Shown: in pieces, positions 37,989-45,475 of the stretch
Numbering within the stretch: the first letter of the stretch is position 1
Layout of the letters: every line of letters starts with the position of its first letter
Assembly (NCBI GenBank): GCA_003135555.1
Contig: PLCF01000090.1
Location: 1 to 56,447 of the forward strand
Source of the DNA: Vulcanimicrobiota bacterium
GTDB lineage: Bacteria > Vulcanimicrobiota > Vulcanimicrobiia > Vulcanimicrobiales > Vulcanimicrobiaceae
DNA: 56,447 nt
Direction of reading: 5' to 3'
Notes under the pieces: model-generated
Told to the model about the DNA's origin: nothing
The model's input: only the letters and a program-made list of their open reading frames with translations
Databases searched by the model: none
Made by a program: the position numbers and the translations under genes

Positions 37989-39602
37989 CTAAACGCGAAC
38001 CGGGGTTCCGACCGTTGCCACGCTACGGCCGTGGCTGCGCGCGTCGATGCGGACGTTCACCGGCCCGTCGTGCGCGCTGGTCGGAACGACTTGAAACTCG
38101 ACGACTTTGACCCCCGCGGCCGGCACACGGACCGAGGTGCGGAAGGGCGCGCAGACGCGGTCAGTACAGAACGAGCCGATCCAGTGCGCCGGCAAGCCGG
38201 TCGACGCGAGCTCGAGCACCGTGCCCGGCGCGCCGGTGACGACGAGGCGGTACTTGATCGTGCTGGTGACCGAGCCGGGAAGATCGGGGCCGGTCCAGGG
38301 TGCGAGCGAGAGCGCGGGCTGCGCGCCGCGCGCGACGTCGAGCGCGACGGTTCCCTCCTGCGCTTGTTCGACGTACCACTCGGCACGCGGATCGAGCTTG
38401 GGGATCTTTTGCGCCGCGACGCTCGCACGCACGAATGCGGCCCGCGCCTTATCGCGATTTCCCGCGCCGGCCTCCATTCGGCCGTAGTACAAGTTCGTCC
38501 ACGCCAGCCGCGCCGGGTCGGTCGCTGCGAGCGCTTGCGCGCGATCGAACGCCGCCTCGGCGGATTTGATGTCTCCGGCCTTCGCGAGGGCACGCCCGAG
38601 CGAGACGTACGCTGAATATGAAGGCGCGCGGTCCGCGATCTCGGCATCGATCGCCGCGACGCGCGCAGCGTCGCCGAGCTTCGAGACGGCATACGCCTGT
38701 CCCGAAAGCGTTGCGACGTCGCCGGGGACGTAGCGGAGGGCTTCTCGATACGCCGCGTCGGCGTCACTCCACGTTCCCAAGGCGGCCGCGTCGTCGCCGC
38801 GCAGCCGCGCGAGGAGCGCCCGATCAGCGTCGCCTTCGACGACGGGCGCCAGCGCAGCGATCGCTGCGGCGCGCAGCGTCTCCTGCGCCTGCCCGGTCTT
38901 GATGAGGTCGTGGTCGCGCGACGGATCGGTCATCGCGTCGTCTTGGAGGTCGTCGGCCTTGGCGATCGCGGCCGCGGCCTTGGCGACGGTGGCGCGAATC
39001 GTCGCGGCGTCGCCCGAGAACGGATACCGCGCCGGGTCGAGCAGCGCGTCGAGCTGCGTTTGGAACGCGGTCGTCAACGGCGCGCTCTGACCCTGCTGCG
39101 CCGCGACGATGTACGCGCGGAGTTGGGCGCGCGGCAGGATGTTGTCGGCGTGACGCGCGCGCAGCACGCCGTCGGGTCCGATCACGAACGTGGTCGGGTA
39201 GTTGCGGATCTCGTACGCCGTCGCAAAGCTGCTCTCGCCCGTCGTCGCTACTTGCGGATATGCGATCCCCTTCGCGGCCACGAACGCGCGCACGACATCC
39301 GCGCTCTCGGTGGTGTCGACACCGAGGAACGCCACCCCGCGCGCTGCGGCGCTGCGCGACTCCGCCACCAGGTCCGCCGTTTCGAGCCGGCACGGCGGGC
39401 ACCACGACCCCCACACGTTGATGACCAGCGTCCGGCCGCGATAGTCGGTCAGCCGCACGGTCTTACCGTCGACGGTCCGCAACGTGAACGCCGGAGCAGG
39501 CCGCCCTACGACCGGCCCGGGGAGCTGCTGAGCCGAGCCTGCTTGCACGCAGAGCGCGAAGCCCAAACCGCACGCCGCCGGCCACGATGCCAGTCGCTTC
39601 AT
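37989..39602 (-). CDS. secreted TlpA-type redoxin + TPR + C-terminal CxxxC domain (paralog 2)
   Basis: Signal peptide, WGSWCPPC, YPTTFVI, TPR-like helices, SFCTDRVCAPF. Confidence 0.8.
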   Translation of the reverse strand: MKRLASWPAACGLGFALCVQAGSAQQLPGPVVGRPAPAFTLRTVDGKTVRLTDYRGRTLVINVWGSWCPPCRLETADLVAESRSAAARGVAFLGVDTTESADVVRAFVAAKGIAYPQVATTGESSFATAYEIRNYPTTFVIGPDGVLRARHADNILPRAQLRAYIVAAQQGQSAPLTTAFQTQLDALLDPARYPFSGDAATIRATVAKAAAAIAKADDLQDDAMTDPSRDHDLIKTGQAQETLRAAAIAALAPVVEGDADRALLARLRGDDAAALGTWSDADAAYREALRYVPGDVATLSGQAYAVSKLGDAARVAAIDAEIADRAPSYSAYVSLGRALAKAGDIKSAEAAFDRAQALAATDPARLAWTNLYYGRMEAGAGNRDKARAAFVRASVAAQKIPKLDPRAEWYVEQAQEGTVALDVARGAQPALSLAPWTGPDLPGSVTSTIKYRLVVTGAPGTVLELASTGLPAHWIGSFCTDRVCAPFRTSVRVPAAGVKVVEFQVVPTSAHDGPVNVRIDARSHGRSVATVGTPVRV

Positions 39603-39640
39603 CGCAGGCTGTGACGCTCGGGCACGAACGCGGGTTGCAT

Positions 39641-40408
39641 CTACATTCGCAACTTGAAGCCGACGGCGACCATGCGCAAGGCGGCGCCGAAGGCGCCTGC
39701 CGCCAGCGCGGTGACGACGGCGAGCGAGAGCCCTAGCGACACGTCGCCGGTGCCGATGTAGCTGTGGCGGAAGACGTCGATCATGTAGAACATCGGATTG
39801 CCCAGCGAGACGGTCTGCAGCACGCGCGGAAGGAGTTGCAGCGAGGTGAACACGCCGCCGACGAACACCAGCGGCGTGATGAAGAACGTGGTCAACACCG
39901 CGATGTGGTCGAACTTCTCCGCCATTAGCCCGAAGATGATCCCGAGCGAGGAGAACAGCACGGCGACCAGCACGATCGTAAGCACGTAGAGGCTCCAGTT
40001 CGTCGGGTACGCGTGCACGAGCACCGCCCCGAGCCCGGTGATCAAGAGCGCGATGAAGATCGCGCGGACGACCCCAGCGACTACGTATCCGAGCACGATC
40101 TCGATCGCCGAAAGCGGCGCGATGAGCAGCTCCTGGATCGAGTTCATGAAGCGGCCTTGGAACACCGACGACGAGCTCTCGCTGTAGGTCTGATCGATGA
40201 GCTGCAGCATGATCAGCCCGGGGATGAGGAACTGCGCGTAAGGGACGCCGTTCACGGTGTTGATCCGGCTGCCCAGGCCGAACCCGAAGATGAACACGTA
40301 GAGCAGCGTCTGGATCACCGGCGGCCAGATGACCTGGTTGATGATCGAGAACGTGCGCACGATCTCGCGCTTGACCAGCGTCTCGAAGCCGACGGTGTTG
40401 ACGATCAC
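39641..40408 (-). CDS. ABC-2 type permease (YadH-like)
   Basis: YAQFLIPGLIM, IQELLIAPLS, PLVFVGGVF, NPMFYMID. Confidence 0.88.
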   Translation of the reverse strand: MIVNTVGFETLVKREIVRTFSIINQVIWPPVIQTLLYVFIFGFGLGSRINTVNGVPYAQFLIPGLIMLQLIDQTYSESSSSVFQGRFMNSIQELLIAPLSAIEIVLGYVVAGVVRAIFIALLITGLGAVLVHAYPTNWSLYVLTIVLVAVLFSSLGIIFGLMAEKFDHIAVLTTFFITPLVFVGGVFTSLQLLPRVLQTVSLGNPMFYMIDVFRHSYIGTGDVSLGLSLAVVTALAAGAFGAALRMVAVGFKLRM

Positions 40409-41145
40409 CGGCGCGTGAGCTCCAGAAAGATGTCCTGCAGGGAGCCGTCGCCGATGAGCTTCTGCGTCGCTTCGAGCGCGACGAGCTTTCCGCGCTGGAT
40501 GATCGCGATGCGGTCGCACAGCTCCTCGGCTTCTTCGAGGTAGTGCGTGGTCAAGATGATCGTGGTGCCGTTGGTGTTGAGCTCGCGCAGCAGCGACCAC
40601 AGCTCGAGGCGCAACTCGACGTCGACGCCCGCGGTCGGCTCGTCGAGGATGACCAGCCTGGGCTCGTGGATCAGCGCGCGGGCCAGCGTGAGCCGCCGCT
40701 TCATCCCGCCCGAGAGTTTGGTGTAGACTTGCTTGGACTTCGACGCGAGGTCGAAGCGCTCGAGCAGCAGGTCGGCGCGCTTCTCGACCGCCTTGCCGCG
40801 GATGCCGTAGTACCCGGCCTGGAAGATCAGGACGTCGCGGATGTTGAGATAGCGGTCGAAGTTGTACTCCTGCGGCGCGAGCCCGACTTGGCGGCGCGCG
40901 AGCCGCCAATCGCGCACCACGTCGTAGCCGAACAGCGAGATCGCGCCGCTCGTGATGTGCGCCAGCCCCACCGTCGCGTTGATCGTCGTGGTCTTGCCCG
41001 CGCCGTTGGGTCCGAGGAGCCCGAAGAACTCGCCTTCCTGCACTTCGAACGAGACGCCGTCAACCGCCGTGAAGTCGCCGTAGCGCTTCACGAGCGCGTC
41101 GACCCGGAGCGCCGCCGCGCTCACGCGTGAGCGTGACTCCGTCAT
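40405..41145 (-). CDS. ABC transporter ATP-binding protein (YadG-like)
   Basis: GPNGAGKT, LSGGMKRR, ILDEPTAG, LTTHY. Confidence 0.92.
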   Translation of the reverse strand: MTESRSRVSAAALRVDALVKRYGDFTAVDGVSFEVQEGEFFGLLGPNGAGKTTTINATVGLAHITSGAISLFGYDVVRDWRLARRQVGLAPQEYNFDRYLNIRDVLIFQAGYYGIRGKAVEKRADLLLERFDLASKSKQVYTKLSGGMKRRLTLARALIHEPRLVILDEPTAGVDVELRLELWSLLRELNTNGTTIILTTHYLEEAEELCDRIAIIQRGKLVALEATQKLIGDGSLQDIFLELTRR

Positions 41146-41879
41146 GGGATCACGGCGCCGGGCGGTCCCAGTTTCGGATAGCGGTGCCGGTGCAGCGTCG
41201 CCAATTTCTTCTCGACATCGGGGATCCCGCTCTTGCGCAGCTGGCGCGCGACCTTTGCGACGTCGAAGACGACGCGCCGCGACTGCACTTCCCAACCGCC
41301 CGACCGTTGGGTGAGGATCGCGTAGTGCGCCAGCGGGTCGCCGTCCTTGGGCAACCCCGCCGAGGCGACGTTCACGAGCGTACGGCCGCGCCACACGCGC
41401 ACGTAGGAGAGGTGCAAGTGTCCGAACGCTACCGTGCGCTGCTGGACGTCGTTATAGAACCACTCGAGGGTGTCGTCGTAAGCGTCGGGCCAGACGTGCT
41501 CGTCGTCGCTCTTGGGGTTCGCGTGGCAGACGAGCAGACCGTCCTCGCCCTCGCCGAACGTCAGCGCGAACGGCAACGCGCCGAGCCAGCGCGTCCACTC
41601 CTCGCCGATCTGCGAGCGCACCCACTGCACGCCTCGCGCGTCCTGCTCGTCGAGTTGCGCGACGTCGGCCTCGCCCACCATGCGATCGGTGTTACCGCGC
41701 AAGCAGCGCGCACCCACGTCGCGCAGCCGCTCGAGCACTTGTTTGGGTTTCGGACCGTCCAAACACAGATCGCCCGCGGCGACGATCGCGTCGGCGCCGC
41801 CGCGCGACGCGAGATCGTCGAGGCAGCGGCTCAGCGCATGCGCGTTCCCGTGAATGTCAGACAGAATTGCGACGCGCAG
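41142..41879 (-). CDS. YfcE-like metallophosphoesterase; needs CTG start at 41879
   Basis: In-frame LRVAILSDIHGN..AAGDLC lies upstream of the ORF-track start 41762; then RGNTD, CHA, FGHLH. Confidence 0.82.
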   Translation of the reverse strand: MRVAILSDIHGNAHALSRCLDDLASRGGADAIVAAGDLCLDGPKPKQVLERLRDVGARCLRGNTDRMVGEADVAQLDEQDARGVQWVRSQIGEEWTRWLGALPFALTFGEGEDGLLVCHANPKSDDEHVWPDAYDDTLEWFYNDVQQRTVAFGHLHLSYVRVWRGRTLVNVASAGLPKDGDPLAHYAILTQRSGGWEVQSRRVVFDVAKVARQLRKSGIPDVEKKLATLHRHRYPKLGPPGAVIP

Positions 41880-41882
41880 GAG

Positions 41883-42731
41883 CTAGCCCCGTTTCACGGC
41901 GAGGGCGAGTGAAAACGGGCCGAACCCCGCTTTGCCGAACTCCCACATGTCGATCGCCTCGACGGCGATCTTGGCCTTGCGCAGGATCGCGACCGACTCC
42001 CGGAAGCGCAGGTTCGCGATGACGAGCCGATCGCCCAGGGCGAGCACGCCGGCTGCGAACTCTTCGCCGCGCGGCACCTCAATGATGCGCAGGTCGGTGG
42101 CAGCGACCAGATCGACCCGATCGGGCGCGGCGATGAGCGTGTCCGAGGCGACCATCGAGAATACGTCACGCAGCCGCGGCACATCGCGCGCCACCGCGAG
42201 CTCGACCACCGCGAACCCCTGCTGCACCGCGATCACTTCGAGCTGTTTGCGCCCCAGCTCGTTGGAGCGCCGCCGCAGCGCCGCTCCGGCGCGCGGAACG
42301 CCGATGAAGACGCGGCCCGGCGCGACCGCCACGTCGGTGCCGTCGAGCAGCCCGGGGGCCTCGATCCGTCCCAGGATCGGGATGCCCAGCTCGGTGAGGT
42401 GCCGTTCGACCGCGACGACTTCGGCGCGGCGTTCGATCGCCGACGGCCGCGCGATCACCACACCTTGGGGCAGCACGATCGCGCAGTCCGCGATGAGCGT
42501 CTCGGTCGGCGACTCGCTCACCGGCGCCATCTCGTGGACGTGCACGCCGCGGTCGCGCAGCGTCCGCACGAAGATCCCGTGCTGCTCGAGAGCGCGGTCG
42601 GAGATCGGCGACGGCTCGCCTTTGATCGGCGGCAACCGGTCGACCGCCGCGGACGGCCGCAGCACGATCGCCGCGGCGAGGGCGCCGGCGTCGCTGGAAA
42701 CGTACGGGGCGGCAAAGGACTTCACGGTCAC
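41883..42731 (-). CDS. amidinotransferase/DDAH-fold protein with divergent active site
   Basis: ALEQH..LRDRGV, LIADCA, LDGTDV, RRSNELG, EFGKAG. Confidence 0.7.
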   Translation of the reverse strand: MTVKSFAAPYVSSDAGALAAAIVLRPSAAVDRLPPIKGEPSPISDRALEQHGIFVRTLRDRGVHVHEMAPVSESPTETLIADCAIVLPQGVVIARPSAIERRAEVVAVERHLTELGIPILGRIEAPGLLDGTDVAVAPGRVFIGVPRAGAALRRRSNELGRKQLEVIAVQQGFAVVELAVARDVPRLRDVFSMVASDTLIAAPDRVDLVAATDLRIIEVPRGEEFAAGVLALGDRLVIANLRFRESVAILRKAKIAVEAIDMWEFGKAGFGPFSLALAVKRG

Positions 42732-42857
42732 GACTTGCGCCCGTTCGCGCTTCTGGCCCCCGGTCCCTGAGCTCCGCGAAGATGAATGTGCGCGTCAGGC
42801 TAGAAGCCGCAATCCGGTTGCTTGCCCCTATTCCATATACAAGCAAGGGAGTCGCTT

Positions 42858-45053
42858 GTGACGCGCCCGACCGCTGACCAGTATCTCGAAGCGCCAATCA
42901 TTGCACCAACGGCGCCCATCGATCCCGACACGCATACGATGACGCGCCCTGTCTTTGTCGACTACGTGACAAAGTCCAAGTTCTCGCAGGAGCAATACGC
43001 GCTCCTCGATGACGCGATCTCAAAAAATGACGACATTTCTATCCACGGCTACTACATCGAATGGCTGCCGACGTTCCTCGCTCACTACGGCTTAACCCTT
43101 GATCAAGCACCGCTGGTACGGCCTCCAAACGCACGCTATCGCAGTCCCAAGATGTACAATTGTTACAGGCCTGTACTGCTGTCTGTGACGAGAAAGGACG
43201 GCCGACGCGAGATCATTGCCCTAGCCTTTCCATCGCACGAGTACGTCCACCAATACGCCGAGGTGCTCGCTTCGCTCGTTGCAATCCGAAGCGACCAGCT
43301 ACAGACCACGTACACAAAACAAGTGAAGCGCTACCATTATGTCGAGCTGGAAAGCACTTTGGCAGAATGGACCGGCCTCAGGAAAGGGCTGGAGGCCTTG
43401 GATGCTGATCCGTCAGTCGTCATCATGGGTGAAATCGAACTGCTCTTGGGACATCTCAAGGCTCTCGACTTCTCGCACTACTGGCCTCCGATGGCGCTCG
43501 GAATCGATGGCATCTTCGGAATGCACGTGTTGCAAGACCGGCGCGATGAACGGCGACTGTATCTGTTCGGTGCGAAGCACAACTACTGGGGTAGCGCCGC
43601 GGGACAAATCGCTGCTGCTCTCGCGCACGCTGGGGCCAAACACATCATATACGTCGGCAAGTCAGGCACGTTTATCGCAGAGGAGCGCGTCCACGGCATC
43701 TTTCTTCCCAACAACTATCTGTTGCTATCAGATGATCCACACGAAGGATGCGCTGAGCAAATCAATTCGATCTTGGCAAAGTCGCCGATTCGAGACCTCA
43801 AAGGATTCATGACCGAGATTCGTACCGGGTGCCATCTCACGGTACCGACCGTCACCGGCGAAACCTACCGCCAACGCGAGCGATACGAGTCCTACGGCCC
43901 GACGACGATTGACAATGAGATTTCGTTTATAGCAAAAGCTGTTTCACACCTGAAAACGACGCATGGGAGAACCGTTTCCTTCACGCCGCTTCACTTCATT
44001 ACCGACTACCTCTACGAGGTGAGCGAATCCAAAGGGGACTCTGCAGGAAACCTCGCGACAAAATCTGAGAACTACTATCACATAAAACGCGAACGCTTCT
44101 TGCAGATCGCCCGAATCATCAGCACCTATGGCGCACTGGTCGATATGACCCTGATCGACCATCCGGAGAGCGGTCGGCACTGGCAATACACAATCACGGA
44201 TATCGTTCGGCGCTGGCTGGAGTGCAAGACCCTCCTCGCATCCGAGAAACCGATGGCTTTTGCTCGCGAAGGACTTACGCGGTTCTTGCTGCGCGCGCGA
44301 TATGCGGCGTACTACAATGGCGACGTCACCTGGCTATCAACCATGGAGCGCATTTGTGACTCCGTATCGCGTTGGCAACCGTCCTTGAAATCGCTTTCCG
44401 AAGGGTTCAGCATCATAAAGGAGCTCAACGAGCTTGCGGTACGACGTCGGACGCTTAGCGAGAACGAGACGCGAAAGTTGAATGGCCTTGCCAAACGAGC
44501 GGGGGCCCTAGCGGCCGCCCTCGGCGATCCGTACGAGCGCTATGTCATGACGGTGACGCGAGTGCAAGCCCTCCTCAGGTATTGCACCAATGTCGATCAA
44601 GCTTCGCGACAGCTCGCCATCGGCGAGCTTGAGTTGGCATTGGCAGAAGCGGAAAGCCATTTGGCGGAATCGATGCTCTTGGAATCCGATGTTGTATTTG
44701 AGAGGCTGCATCTACAGCGTCTATCTGCGTTGGTTGCCCTCGCTTGCGACCGAAAGGCCGAAAGCATCGAGAAGCTGCAGCAGGTCGTAACAGGATGGGG
44801 TGAGCTTCTCGAAAGTACCGACTGGGGTGAGCATGAATGGATCATGTACGCGGAGATTGCGCTAACGAAGGCGGAGATGCTGAGTTTCGGCTATAGGCCG
44901 CCAAGCACCGGATGGCTTCGCGATCTCCGCACCGCAAGAGAGCTCGTGACGGCGCGCTTCGACATCCTCGATCGGCTCCGAGTTGCGCTCACGCGAGGCG
45001 ATAACAAGGCCGACGATGGCGGCACGACGCCACGTGCCGACGGATTGACCTAG
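42858..45053 (+). CDS. large accessory protein: nucleoside-phosphorylase/AMP-nucleosidase-like domain + helical C-terminus
   Basis: HIIYVGKSG, HLTVPTVTGET, IDNEISFIA, FITDYL; AAGGGAG SD before GTG 42858; atypical codons. Confidence 0.55.
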   Translation: MTRPTADQYLEAPIIAPTAPIDPDTHTMTRPVFVDYVTKSKFSQEQYALLDDAISKNDDISIHGYYIEWLPTFLAHYGLTLDQAPLVRPPNARYRSPKMYNCYRPVLLSVTRKDGRREIIALAFPSHEYVHQYAEVLASLVAIRSDQLQTTYTKQVKRYHYVELESTLAEWTGLRKGLEALDADPSVVIMGEIELLLGHLKALDFSHYWPPMALGIDGIFGMHVLQDRRDERRLYLFGAKHNYWGSAAGQIAAALAHAGAKHIIYVGKSGTFIAEERVHGIFLPNNYLLLSDDPHEGCAEQINSILAKSPIRDLKGFMTEIRTGCHLTVPTVTGETYRQRERYESYGPTTIDNEISFIAKAVSHLKTTHGRTVSFTPLHFITDYLYEVSESKGDSAGNLATKSENYYHIKRERFLQIARIISTYGALVDMTLIDHPESGRHWQYTITDIVRRWLECKTLLASEKPMAFAREGLTRFLLRARYAAYYNGDVTWLSTMERICDSVSRWQPSLKSLSEGFSIIKELNELAVRRRTLSENETRKLNGLAKRAGALAAALGDPYERYVMTVTRVQALLRYCTNVDQASRQLAIGELELALAEAESHLAESMLLESDVVFERLHLQRLSALVALACDRKAESIEKLQQVVTGWGELLESTDWGEHEWIMYAEIALTKAEMLSFGYRPPSTGWLRDLRTARELVTARFDILDRLRVALTRGDNKADDGGTTPRADGLT

Positions 45054-45466
45054 GTCTTCGGCGATAGCGCGAAGCGACCGGGGCCGCCGATCGCGAGCGC
45101 GAGACCGATGCCGACGGCTAAGATGAAGAATTCGATGCCCTCGCCGCGTTGGTTGCCGGCGAAGTTCATGAAGAAGCCGTTCTTTGCGTGCACGAGTATC
45201 GCGGCGACCGCCATATCGATCGCCAGCCCCAAAGCCGCTAGCCGCGTGAGCACGCCGAGCACGAGCGCGATCGGGGCCAAGAACTCGACCGCGATCACCA
45301 CGTAGACCAGCGCGACCGGGACCCCGGCACCAGCGTTCATCCCCGTCACGGTCGCGCCGATCCCGCCGCCGCCGAAGAGGCCGAGCACTTTCTGCGCGCC
45401 GTGAGGCCCGATGACGATCGCCAGCGCCAGGCGCAGGGTCAGTTGCGCAACGTCGGCGGATCGCAT
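45050..45466 (-). CDS. DoxX-family membrane protein
   Basis: HGAQKVLGLFGG, GFFMN, GIEF, GPGRFAL. Confidence 0.88.
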   Translation of the reverse strand: MRSADVAQLTLRLALAIVIGPHGAQKVLGLFGGGGIGATVTGMNAGAGVPVALVYVVIAVEFLAPIALVLGVLTRLAALGLAIDMAVAAILVHAKNGFFMNFAGNQRGEGIEFFILAVGIGLALAIGGPGRFALSPKT

Positions 45467-45475
45467 GGGTGACCC

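Noticed and set aside
36416..41885. Genome-wide amber (TAG) recoding suggested by two in-frame TAG junctions
   Set aside because: Many other genes end at TAG exactly at their family C-terminus (namZ, glcE, MBL hydrolase, Abi), so TAG is a normal stop
42755..45086. Imperfect inverted similarity flanking the PNP-like gene (ggccccggtc..cgaaga)
   Set aside because: Needs several gaps in GC-rich sequence; no transposase or target duplication
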